From: Candidatus Thorarchaeota archaeon
GTDB lineage: Archaea > Asgardarchaeota > Thorarchaeia > Thorarchaeales > Thorarchaeaceae
Assembly (NCBI GenBank): GCA_016933575.1
Contig: JAFGAR010000151.1
Span: 32,001-96,000, forward strand
DNA length: 64,000 nucleotides
Direction of reading: 5' to 3'
Below, piece by piece: positions 48,018 through 57,811 of this stretch (its first letter is position 1; each line of letters opens with the position of its first letter). The notes under the pieces were generated by a model. It was not told where the DNA came from. It searched no databases and was given only the letters and a program-made list of their open reading frames with translations. A program made the translations under genes and the position numbers.

Positions 48018-49991
48018 TTATTGCTTCCTCATTCGTCTATCTTCTAGAACCTTTGCAATGATCCATGCCGGTAGTAATGCAAGTGTTGCAATGAGTCCAA
48101 TGTTGATTGAGCAGAAACCATTCAGACACAGATCAAGGGCGAAAATCCCCATCACAAGAGGTCCTAACAGGATATCAATCAAAATTAACGTGTCTATTTT
48201 TTGCAACTCACGAATAATGATTACCTTTCTTTTGTACACGATTTGAAGCAGAAGGTATCCAATTGGTAGCCAATAGAGAACTGCTAGGAGTATTATATTC
48301 GGAAGTAGATATACATTAGGAGCAATATTTGCCGAGCCTCCCATAGAATCCCAGAGCGTTGTTAGTATTGGTACGAAAATATTCCCATAGATTGTCGTTT
48401 CTGGATTTGCTCCTGTAAGGAAGGAGTAACTTATCCACGGAGTAAAAACACTGATCAAGATTACACTGAGTGGAAGGAGGCTTGGTTGAATGTATGGATC
48501 TCTCCATCCACGGTTCTCGTAGATTGCCAGAAGAACAATTCCGATGATTCCAATCAAAGCTACAATGGCAATCACGAAACCAAGATCAAAGATAAATCCC
48601 ATCGCCGCAAATACAGGAAACACAACAGATGCATCAATGTTCGAGTCATTTGCCTTTGATACCACTGAAACAAACTGATTTTGTTGGGAATAGGTTAAAT
48701 GTGCATCATCGATATTTCGATAGTCATACTGCAGTTGTTTTACTTTTAGATTGAAAGTTGCTAGTGGCGGTAAGTACAGAAACTCGCTCTCTGTAAATGG
48801 ATAGTCGACATAGTAGAACTCTGTTGAATTGGCAGCATCAATCTCTATTCTGGTATATGCGAAATTCGGTGTGAGTATCATTGACAGACGAGTTACAAGT
48901 ATCTTGATCTGAACAGATAGTGCTTGATTTGAGGTGACTGTGATAGTAATGTTAATTCCTGATGTGAGAGCATCCAATCCTGAGGATGAATCCATCTTCA
49001 CCCAGCCAGCGAAGCCGCTATAAGTCCCCTCTCGCAGGTAAAATGTCTGATTAGTTTCACGAACCAACAGAAGAGATGCATCACTCTCATTTCCGGTGTC
49101 TGTTAGCCTCAGAGCTGGAAGATAGTAATAGCTACTCATTGTTGTTGCGCCTGTCCATCTCTCTCGAATGAGACCTCCCACCTTGTTTGTGTATTGATTT
49201 GAAAACAGACTTGCACCATCTTGCGCCTGGATATCAAATGAAACGGGATAGAGATCCTCTCTGGAATTAGCTATTACTGAGACCTCTCCAATGATGACCT
49301 CTGCAGGCACTTCTGAGAATATTGTGATGCCTATCGCACTCTCAGCAAAACTTCCTGTTGTTAAGGTGTTTATCACACTCCTGCTTGGTGACAACACCAA
49401 TCTTTGGTCATCGCCTGCTTCCATCTGTCTACTTGTTTGAGTCATCTCTGACCATTCAAAGGAGGATGAGTCTTTGAATCTCACACGAAGAGTTACAGCA
49501 ACATCGCCGCTGAGTACATTGATTGAAACTGAAAATTGAACATCAGAATAGTTCATCACAGGAAAACTAGGTCTTCCTCTGAAAAAAGCCTCAGAATCAA
49601 AATAGTTATCCTGGAACTTATGGTATCCAGCAAGGTTCAAACGTACACCTTTCTCCTCGCGCTGAACCGACTTCACGCCCCAGTGATCAAGATTGGTCTG
49701 ATAATGAGCATTTTCTAACATCCAATCTGCACTACTATCAAGAACATATCCACTGTAAATCGTGACATTTCTCACAGGTGCTTGAGTTGAAGTGGTGATT
49801 GAGTATCCAGGTGTTCCAGAGATTGCTGCAGTTTCAGTGACCTGAAAATCTGGGGTCGTCTGACCTATAGCTGTTGATATCAATGGAGGTACAACAAAAA
49901 ATACGAGAACTAGTATGCCAAGTATGTACATCCGAGTTCGATGGTCAATCCTCATGATTAGTTCGGTTGATGTGATTTCTTTAGGTAACAA
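48018..49991 (-). CDS. Membrane protein with a large extracellular beta-rich domain and a C-terminal multi-TM region
   Basis: N-terminal TM, S/T-rich middle with sequons, about 5 C-terminal TMs. Confidence 0.7.
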   Translation of the reverse strand: MLPKEITSTELIMRIDHRTRMYILGILVLVFFVVPPLISTAIGQTTPDFQVTETAAISGTPGYSITTSTQAPVRNVTIYSGYVLDSSADWMLENAHYQTNLDHWGVKSVQREEKGVRLNLAGYHKFQDNYFDSEAFFRGRPSFPVMNYSDVQFSVSINVLSGDVAVTLRVRFKDSSSFEWSEMTQTSRQMEAGDDQRLVLSPSRSVINTLTTGSFAESAIGITIFSEVPAEVIIGEVSVIANSREDLYPVSFDIQAQDGASLFSNQYTNKVGGLIRERWTGATTMSSYYYLPALRLTDTGNESDASLLLVRETNQTFYLREGTYSGFAGWVKMDSSSGLDALTSGINITITVTSNQALSVQIKILVTRLSMILTPNFAYTRIEIDAANSTEFYYVDYPFTESEFLYLPPLATFNLKVKQLQYDYRNIDDAHLTYSQQNQFVSVVSKANDSNIDASVVFPVFAAMGFIFDLGFVIAIVALIGIIGIVLLAIYENRGWRDPYIQPSLLPLSVILISVFTPWISYSFLTGANPETTIYGNIFVPILTTLWDSMGGSANIAPNVYLLPNIILLAVLYWLPIGYLLLQIVYKRKVIIIRELQKIDTLILIDILLGPLVMGIFALDLCLNGFCSINIGLIATLALLPAWIIAKVLEDRRMRKQ

Positions 49992-50193
49992 AAGGATTGT
50001 GAATTGCGTACTTTACTGCTTCTATCTTTTTGATAATATTCTAGGTTCATAGCTCTGTTGATAGTTTCCATTCAAGTTTTCATAACAAGATATCTAGTTT
50101 GCAATTCTTGAAAATATCCCGGAGAAGAAGCATATAAAAAGATTCAGCTCAAATTTTGAGATACGATTCTTCGTAATTGTTGGGTCTGTAAAA

Positions 50194-51675
50194 ATGAAGA
50201 TTGAATCTGAAGTTGTTGATGATAATTCTTCAAACAACGAAAACGGTACTACTGAATCCTTACTTGATCTTTTTAATAATATATTTGAAAATGAGAATTT
50301 TGAGAGTGACTATGATAGAGATCGTATCCGTTACATAGTCGAATATGTGGATATGACTCTCGCATATATTGAGGGCAAAATATCTATAGCAACTGCAAAC
50401 ACTTTATACCAAAATCTTAGAAAATATAACAGTTCAAGAACTGGCTTAGGTAATCCGACGAGTATCGCCAACCCAGCCTGGTTGTATCAGTATCGAGAGA
50501 ATGTGTTATATTTATTGAAGAATCAACATAAGAATTCTGATACGTATTATCTAGCCCTTCCTTTTTATAACACTGATTTTTATCCAAATATTGGACCATA
50601 TTTTGAGGTAATACAGTATTTTGCAAAGAATCCACTGAGTTCATTTGTTTCAGCATCAAGAGATCTTTCTATCAGTCCTGAATCAATATCAAGGAAGTAT
50701 AAAGAGATTGAGTCACTGTATTGTTTTCGTGTTGGAGGTTATTCAAATCGTAGGCTGTTTGGTTTGAGAACATTCATCCTTTTCTTTGAATTGAAATCAA
50801 AATCAGATATGATACTGATAAAAGAACTGATGCCATCAATTCCATACTACCACCTATTTAGTGAAGATATAATTAGTAACCATCATTACATCTCTTTTAT
50901 ACTACCAAATGATCAGGATGCCATTGATTCTTTTAGGGAGAGTATTTCCCAATTTGCTTTGTTTTTTTTCCAGTTCTGGAGATTGGATGAGATACTATCT
51001 GTAAATCTCATAGCGTGGACAGATAACTTTAGTAGATCTGGCTGGTCAATTCCAAAAATAATACTTGAAAATCGTTTTCCAGGTTCGCTCAGTGATGATA
51101 AAAAACCCAAAATCTGCCGACTAAATAATCCACGGTTGACATTAAGAGATTTCATAACACTGGACACTTTAGTATGTAATTTGCATCAATCTGCAAGAGT
51201 AATATCTGGGTCTGCGATAGCCAAGAGATACGAAATTACAGAGAGAGAAGCCTACTATCGAAAAAGGAAACTTTTTCGCGAAGATGTAATAATTCCCTTT
51301 CCAGTTTGGCAAGATAAGGAATTACATTCACTCCGTCTTGAGGTAATTTGTAATAAAGAGGTGAGTTACAGATTAATTTCTGCTGTTCAAGAATGCACGA
51401 TAAGTACGTACGGTTTCACATCAAAAGGTGTAATCTTCTTCCTTAATGTTCCTTACTCACACCTCAATCCATACATCTCTTACTTTGAATCGCTTCTACA
51501 TCAATTAGATGTTGTTGGTTATAGATTTGTAATAAGCACATTCTGGGTTACTGGTCAATCACTCATCGACATTGTGGAGAATTGGAAATATGGTGCTAAG
51601 GGTTTCACAACGGAGGGTTTGGACATTAGTGCTGACATCTTTGACTATATTGATATCGAATTGGCCAAGTGTTAA
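50194..51675 (+). CDS. Probable transcription regulator with duplicated Lrp/AsnC-like HTH and ligand-binding modules
   Basis: NPLSSFVSASRDLSISPESISRKYKEI and SAIAKRYEITEREAYYRKRKLFREDVI HTH-like segments. Confidence 0.6.
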   Translation: MKIESEVVDDNSSNNENGTTESLLDLFNNIFENENFESDYDRDRIRYIVEYVDMTLAYIEGKISIATANTLYQNLRKYNSSRTGLGNPTSIANPAWLYQYRENVLYLLKNQHKNSDTYYLALPFYNTDFYPNIGPYFEVIQYFAKNPLSSFVSASRDLSISPESISRKYKEIESLYCFRVGGYSNRRLFGLRTFILFFELKSKSDMILIKELMPSIPYYHLFSEDIISNHHYISFILPNDQDAIDSFRESISQFALFFFQFWRLDEILSVNLIAWTDNFSRSGWSIPKIILENRFPGSLSDDKKPKICRLNNPRLTLRDFITLDTLVCNLHQSARVISGSAIAKRYEITEREAYYRKRKLFREDVIIPFPVWQDKELHSLRLEVICNKEVSYRLISAVQECTISTYGFTSKGVIFFLNVPYSHLNPYISYFESLLHQLDVVGYRFVISTFWVTGQSLIDIVENWKYGAKGFTTEGLDISADIFDYIDIELAKC

Positions 51676-51937
51676 GTACAATCCCATAACTTCCTTGGAT
51701 GATTCTTAATCTCCTTGTATTTCTAACCAGTTTATAATTTCACCCAGATTAGGAACAATTGACTCTAATGATGTCTTGAGCCCTTTCATGACAAGAATGG
51801 CTGTTCTCTGCTGATAGTTATATAGTATCAAAGAATTTACTACTCAAGCTAGTTGTAGATCCAAAAAGACTAGATTAGACTGTGAAAAGTGAGTATCTAC
51901 CAAGCACAAATGGCAGAATCACTCAGAGCAGTAAATT

Positions 51938-54900
51938 GTGGTGAGAGAATTGGAACTTAGAAAGAAACTAATGATTCTATCTTTTGTAGTCACGAGTATT
52001 ATACTCGTTCAAAATATCGCTCTTGCGAGTGCCATAGCACCACCTCCGGATTTACCTCCTCCCGGGGGTGGGACCTATACATATGATGCATTTGGATATG
52101 TCAAATGTGGTACTACAAAGATACCTTACGCAACTGTGAAATTATACACTGATACTGGAACGTATTTGGGGTCAACTACAACAAACACTAATGGGTACTT
52201 CTACAAGACAGTCACTGTATCTCCGAATCCTGTGGACTTCTTAAAGGCCGTAGTTTCAAAATCCGGGTATTCTACAACTTTCAAGTATGCAGCTCCAGAT
52301 AGTAATAATGACTGTAATTTCGGTACAATCTACCTCTCTACTTACTATTCCTATACTGTTCACGGAAGCGTAACACTTTCTGACACAGAAGAACCATATA
52401 TTGGAGGAACTGTGAATCTCTACAAGGATAGCTATGGAGTTTGGGAATTTGTAGATGATGCTACTACCAACTCTGTGGGGTATTATTCGTTCAGTTATTC
52501 TACAGGATCTCCTATCACCAGTTTCAAGGTCACCATAACTCCACCAACTGGGTACATTGAAGCTGTTATTATCAAAGATGGCACTGGGAGTGTCTTTGAC
52601 ATGGGCACACATGAGATGATATTGTGTCTTCCTAACGATAATGTGCTAATCTATAGAGATAGTTGCGACTGCATTTCAAGATGGATTCAGGTTCTAAATG
52701 GAGAGAATTGGGATCTCGGATATGGCTCACTAAAGGACGGCACAATGTACACAACAGATGGCTACCTTTCTACGGCTATTCCTTGGTCTGATTACAATGA
52801 CTGGCATGGGGGCAGATTCTATCAACATTTATTATCTCCCGTTGCAATCCAAGATATTGCTGCATTAGAATTGGATGTAGAAACTATCAGTGATTACGCA
52901 TCAATGATGGGAAAGCTCTTCGTTGACTTTTACGATAGCGATGGTCTACTTACTCTTAGATTGCAAATTGGAGATTATTCGAATGTTGAATATGCACTCT
53001 GGGTAGCAGGTTCCTACTACACAAAGAGCGGGACATCTTACATGTGTGCGCCTGAAATCAATACTGCCACTTGGGGTGGAGAGGTCTTCTTCAGGTATCG
53101 AGATGGAGTTGGATTTAATTTCTTTGGGCCTCAAGAAAATCTCGTATCGAAAGAGATTCGCCTCGTAGATGAGAGTATCTTAGCTGCCAATAACGGAGAA
53201 GAAAAGAGTCGTACCATTGAACATGTAGTTCTCAGTTTCATGCGATGGCACTATAATGATTTAACTGAGAATCGTCTGCATAGCATTGGTATATATCGAT
53301 ATGGAATAACCACGACAAACATCCAAGTGTGGAACCTAGATGCATCAACCAATAATCTCTATGAATCATTAAAATTTGATACAACGTGGCAAATAGAGGC
53401 AGATTCTGGATTAGATTACACAATGAAACCTGTTTGTACACGAAACATTGGAGATCTTGTTTATCATCAAGCTCCGCCTTCTTATTACCATTTATGGACT
53501 GATTCATTTACTACTCCGAATGGTTTTCAAGGCCCTTGTTATACTCACATATTTGCGGAAGCAATATTCTTGGAGGAATTTATAGAATTTTCTGCAGAAA
53601 TTGGAGTTGAATTGGAACCAAATCATGTTGGGAGATCAATTCTTGTGCTATTCGACCAATGGAAAGTTCCTATTGCATCCATTATGTGGGAGGATACAGG
53701 CTCATCCGGCTGTATTGAATTGTCTTGGTTTGACGATCAAGGCGAGATAGTTTCAATAAATACAGGTGGTGGTGAATTTACTGATTCTTCGATTAATCGT
53801 GACGTTTGTTTTTATTACGATCAATCAAATAATAACATTAAATCAAATAACAATGGTATTTTACTAGATATCATAAATCGGAACTACATCAATAGTGATC
53901 GGAAAATTCAGTTTCTTACCCTACAAATGGGATCTAATCAGCTTGTTAAATCTGATCGAGTTAAGTTGTATTCTTCACAACTAGTAGTCAAGAATAATCC
54001 AGTACTAAAATGCTCGAATCCGATTATCGATAAACGAGTTGTTTATCGAGCTGATGAAGTTACATCAACAAGGGGCCTAGCAGTAGACATTGACTACCTA
54101 TTTGACATGCCTGATCTGGAATTTGTCTTAGGACCTGCAAGACTCATTATTACCGGCACGAAACAGACCTTATCCGGCTCTTTCTCAGGTACTGCATTCA
54201 TATTCTGTCCCCAGAACTATGAACCCACTGAACCTCCATATTATGAAAGTCTATCCCATTTTGACATTCCACTACAAAGCGATTCGTTCACAATAACAAT
54301 ACCTCTTGAAAACGACGATTTACTATGGTGGGACCTGTGTGGAACACTTTCTCTAAATTTCTTAGGAATTGAAGCTGATTTATCAACAATTGGGGAATGG
54401 TGCATTCTAGCTCAAATCGAAACACACTATGTTGCCAATAACTACTTTGAACATACAATAGTTGAGTCGTGCATGTCCAGAGACAATTTCTATAGGTATG
54501 CTACAAGTGACCCTGAAAAGAGATGGCAAGAAGTTATCACTCAGATACCTTCTGGGTATCAGGATGTAAATGGTTATTGCACATTAGTCGTAGAAATTGA
54601 TTCTGCAGCCGCTATGGACCATTTAAAAGTCACTGTGGAAAATCAGGTTGTTCTGGACAATATTGAAGTCGAAAATGGGTATAACTATTTCTATATTGAT
54701 ATATCCACTATTGCGAGTTGCAAAGACTCGCTTACAATCAAATACGAACTTCTTGATGGTACACTTCATGACATTCTTATCTCTTTGAAAGCATACCTAA
54801 AGATTTGGTCTAGACTCTGGATTGCTCCTGATGATGAGAAAATAGGTGATACTTCATATCAATTCTGGCATGAAGAACATCCTATTTTTACAAGTGGTGG

Positions 54901-55516
54901 TCCTCAATATACTATCGCTCCAGGAGGCAATTGTCCAGATGAATGGTTTGGTAAGAATTTATTCACCTTAACCTGTTTTGCACGACAAATGGAAGGTGAT
55001 GACGATTTGATTCTCCATGTAGGACTCGATATGGTCCATGATACATATTTTAGCTACCTCCATGGAGTCAAACTTGAGATAGCTGTAATGGAGTATGATG
55101 AATTACATACAGAAATCTACAATACACCTGTTGCAGGTGTGATAGAGTGCTTGATGCGAGATACTGATGGCTCTGATTTTCCATCTTGGCCAAAATTGAC
55201 TATAGATATGGTCAGCATCTTTGCTGATTACGCAGATTGGAGCGGCCAAGGCAAAGCATTTCTGAAATTATTTGATTTACTAATTGGGATTGGATGGACT
55301 ACTGAAACTACATGGGTTACTGGATTGAATCCTTATGCGTATTTTTCATACGAACGTCCAGTGCTCTGGTTTGAGGATTTTGGTGGAACCATGAGAATTC
55401 CATATGAAACAGACTCAAACAAGAATTATGTAATTCACATCAATCTAAAGATGAATTTCGGATGGGGTTTTGAACAAATTAGTTCTTACGAATTTGAGTA
55501 TTTTTCATGCGCATGA
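51938..55516 (+). CDS. Large secreted multidomain protein
   Basis: Signal peptide, PPPDLPPPGGG linker, two carboxypeptidase-regulatory-like repeats (TTTNTNGYF/ATTNSVGYY), two related beta domains, no C-terminal TM. Confidence 0.7.
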   Translation: MVRELELRKKLMILSFVVTSIILVQNIALASAIAPPPDLPPPGGGTYTYDAFGYVKCGTTKIPYATVKLYTDTGTYLGSTTTNTNGYFYKTVTVSPNPVDFLKAVVSKSGYSTTFKYAAPDSNNDCNFGTIYLSTYYSYTVHGSVTLSDTEEPYIGGTVNLYKDSYGVWEFVDDATTNSVGYYSFSYSTGSPITSFKVTITPPTGYIEAVIIKDGTGSVFDMGTHEMILCLPNDNVLIYRDSCDCISRWIQVLNGENWDLGYGSLKDGTMYTTDGYLSTAIPWSDYNDWHGGRFYQHLLSPVAIQDIAALELDVETISDYASMMGKLFVDFYDSDGLLTLRLQIGDYSNVEYALWVAGSYYTKSGTSYMCAPEINTATWGGEVFFRYRDGVGFNFFGPQENLVSKEIRLVDESILAANNGEEKSRTIEHVVLSFMRWHYNDLTENRLHSIGIYRYGITTTNIQVWNLDASTNNLYESLKFDTTWQIEADSGLDYTMKPVCTRNIGDLVYHQAPPSYYHLWTDSFTTPNGFQGPCYTHIFAEAIFLEEFIEFSAEIGVELEPNHVGRSILVLFDQWKVPIASIMWEDTGSSGCIELSWFDDQGEIVSINTGGGEFTDSSINRDVCFYYDQSNNNIKSNNNGILLDIINRNYINSDRKIQFLTLQMGSNQLVKSDRVKLYSSQLVVKNNPVLKCSNPIIDKRVVYRADEVTSTRGLAVDIDYLFDMPDLEFVLGPARLIITGTKQTLSGSFSGTAFIFCPQNYEPTEPPYYESLSHFDIPLQSDSFTITIPLENDDLLWWDLCGTLSLNFLGIEADLSTIGEWCILAQIETHYVANNYFEHTIVESCMSRDNFYRYATSDPEKRWQEVITQIPSGYQDVNGYCTLVVEIDSAAAMDHLKVTVENQVVLDNIEVENGYNYFYIDISTIASCKDSLTIKYELLDGTLHDILISLKAYLKIWSRLWIAPDDEKIGDTSYQFWHEEHPIFTSGGPQYTIAPGGNCPDEWFGKNLFTLTCFARQMEGDDDLILHVGLDMVHDTYFSYLHGVKLEIAVMEYDELHTEIYNTPVAGVIECLMRDTDGSDFPSWPKLTIDMVSIFADYADWSGQGKAFLKLFDLLIGIGWTTETTWVTGLNPYAYFSYERPVLWFEDFGGTMRIPYETDSNKNYVIHINLKMNFGWGFEQISSYEFEYFSCA

Positions 55517-55531
55517 ATTTCAGTGATTTCT

Positions 55532-55570
55532 AACTAGTACAGAATTTTGCTTCTGTACTAGTTTTTTTTT
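55532..55570 (+). terminator. Strong hairpin terminator
   Basis: AACTAGTACAGAA-TTTTGC-TTCTGTACTAGTT (13-bp stem) running into a T9 tract. Confidence 0.8.
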
Positions 55571-55792
55571 CCGAATGAATTTGACTCGGCCCAACCGAGC
55601 TCTAGAGATTAATAGAGGACCTTCCCGGTTTCCCTTGTGGATGGTGTTGCCAGTGTTAGTTTCGACTATCTCTCCCAGTTCTTTGAGTACAATAGAGCAT
55701 ACTTGGGTACTCAATAAACTCCTAGTGGAAGTAGTGTCGTCGAAATTGTATCGAGGCTTTGTTGATACCGCAAAGGTTACTTACAGTCAGGC

Positions 55793-57811
55793 ATGTGCCG
55801 TCTAGAAGGAATGAGGTTATGTCGAATGAGTGAGTTCAAACTAGAGGCTCCTTTCAAACCCACAGGTGATCAGCCGCAGGCAATCGAAAAGCTAGTGGAA
55901 GGACTCGGGAGTGGACTCCACCATCAGACACTTCTTGGTGTGACTGGCTCTGGTAAGACCTTTACCATGGCAAACGTTATCGAGGCAATCCAGAAACCCA
56001 CTCTTGTCATCTCACATAATAAGACACTCGCGGCACAACTTGCGTCTGAGTATAAGCAGTTCTTCCCGAAGAATGCAGTAGAGTATTTTGTTTCATATTA
56101 TGATTATTACCAACCTGAAGCCTATGTCCCTTCAAAGGACATGTACATCGAGAAGGAGACCGATATCAATGCAGAGATCGAGCGGCTTCGACATTCTACA
56201 ACCAACTCGCTCAGGTCTCGAAAAGATGTTATTGTAGTTGCTTCTGTTTCATGCATCTATGGTGTTGGAGACCCTACTGAATATGATTATTTTAGGATGC
56301 TCCTCGAACGAGGTAAGAAGGTGGATAGACGAGAACTCCTAGAAAGGCTCGTAGCAATGCAATATGAACGGAATGATATGGATATCAAACCCGGAGTCTT
56401 CAGAGTACGAGGTGATGTGATAGATGTCTATCCCTCAGCCTCTGAGAATAGTATCCGAATTGAGCTTGATGGTGATAGAGTAGACAGGCTGACTATTCTC
56501 GAACGCCTAACCGCCAGAAAGCTTGGCACTCCTGATTGGTTCGAGCTGTATCCTGCTCGTCATCACATAGCTCGTCTGGAAAAAGTTGTAGAAGTTCTTC
56601 CTTTGATTGAGCAAGAGATGGAAGAGCGCGTAGAATGGTTCAAGAAAGAGGGCAAGCTAGTAGAGGCTGACCGTCTCAGGCGTCGAACCATGTATGACCT
56701 TGAGATGCTTAGGGAGACTGGTATGTGTCAAGGTATAGAGAATTACTCTAGATTCATTGATGAACGTGATTTGGGGCAGAAACCATACACATTGCTCGAC
56801 TACTTTCCAGATGACTTCCTTATGATTATTGATGAGAGTCACATGACCATTCCACAGGTCCGTGGAATGTATAATGGAGACCTCGCTAGAAAGAAGAATC
56901 TAATCGACTATGGATTTCGTTTACCTTCAGCTCTGGATAATAGACCTCTGAAGTTCCCGGAGTTTGAGAAGTATATGAGAAAGACCATCTATACGAGTGC
57001 CACACCGGGATCGTATGAACAGAAGCATAGTCAACAAATTGTCGAGCAGCTTGTTCGTCCGACGGGACTTATAGACCCTGAGATCACCGTCAAACCTGTT
57101 ATCGGACAGGTAGACCATCTACTAGGTGAGATTCGGAAGACAGTGGAACTTGGTGATCGAACCCTTGTCACGACCCTTACTAAAAAGACAGCTGAGATGC
57201 TGAGTGAGTATCTTGTTGAGGCAGGCATCAAAGCTCGTTATCTTCACTCAGATATTGGAACTGTGGAGCGAATCGAGATAGTACGACAGCTTCGTCAAGG
57301 GAAGTTCGATGTACTTGTGGGAATCAATCTTCTCCGCGAGGGTCTCGACATTCCTGAGGTCTCACTAGTGGCTATCCTTGACGCTGATAAGGAGGGTTTC
57401 CTAAGAACGGACTGGGCTCTCGTTCAGACAATGGGTCGAGCAGCAAGGAATGCAAACGGGCGAGTTGTCCTCTATGGTGACCATGTATCAGCTGCTATGC
57501 AATCAGCTATCGATGAGACCAATCGTAGACGACGCTATCAGTTAAAATATAATGAAGAACACGGAATCAAACCCGTGTCTATTGTCAAGAGTATTCAAGA
57601 CATCGCACAGGGCATGGTGAAGTTTGAGAAAGAGGTCCAGACAAAGATTGAGGACTTCGATCCTTTTGAGGTTGACGAGCTTGCTGATTATATCATCGAC
57701 CTTGAGGAACAGATGAAAGAGGCAGCACGAAATCTTGAGTTCGAGAAGGCTGCCAAGCTCCGCGACCAAATTGCTGGTCTGCGAAAGAGGATAGAGGGAG
57801 CACAAGAGTGA
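55793..57811 (+). CDS. uvrB: Excinuclease ABC subunit B (probable start ATG 55826)
   Basis: PTGDQP, GVTGSGKT, YYDYYQPEAY beta-hairpin, DESH, INLLREGLD, C-terminal UVR motif LEFEKAAKLRD. Confidence 0.98.
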   Translation: MCRLEGMRLCRMSEFKLEAPFKPTGDQPQAIEKLVEGLGSGLHHQTLLGVTGSGKTFTMANVIEAIQKPTLVISHNKTLAAQLASEYKQFFPKNAVEYFVSYYDYYQPEAYVPSKDMYIEKETDINAEIERLRHSTTNSLRSRKDVIVVASVSCIYGVGDPTEYDYFRMLLERGKKVDRRELLERLVAMQYERNDMDIKPGVFRVRGDVIDVYPSASENSIRIELDGDRVDRLTILERLTARKLGTPDWFELYPARHHIARLEKVVEVLPLIEQEMEERVEWFKKEGKLVEADRLRRRTMYDLEMLRETGMCQGIENYSRFIDERDLGQKPYTLLDYFPDDFLMIIDESHMTIPQVRGMYNGDLARKKNLIDYGFRLPSALDNRPLKFPEFEKYMRKTIYTSATPGSYEQKHSQQIVEQLVRPTGLIDPEITVKPVIGQVDHLLGEIRKTVELGDRTLVTTLTKKTAEMLSEYLVEAGIKARYLHSDIGTVERIEIVRQLRQGKFDVLVGINLLREGLDIPEVSLVAILDADKEGFLRTDWALVQTMGRAARNANGRVVLYGDHVSAAMQSAIDETNRRRRYQLKYNEEHGIKPVSIVKSIQDIAQGMVKFEKEVQTKIEDFDPFEVDELADYIIDLEEQMKEAARNLEFEKAAKLRDQIAGLRKRIEGAQE

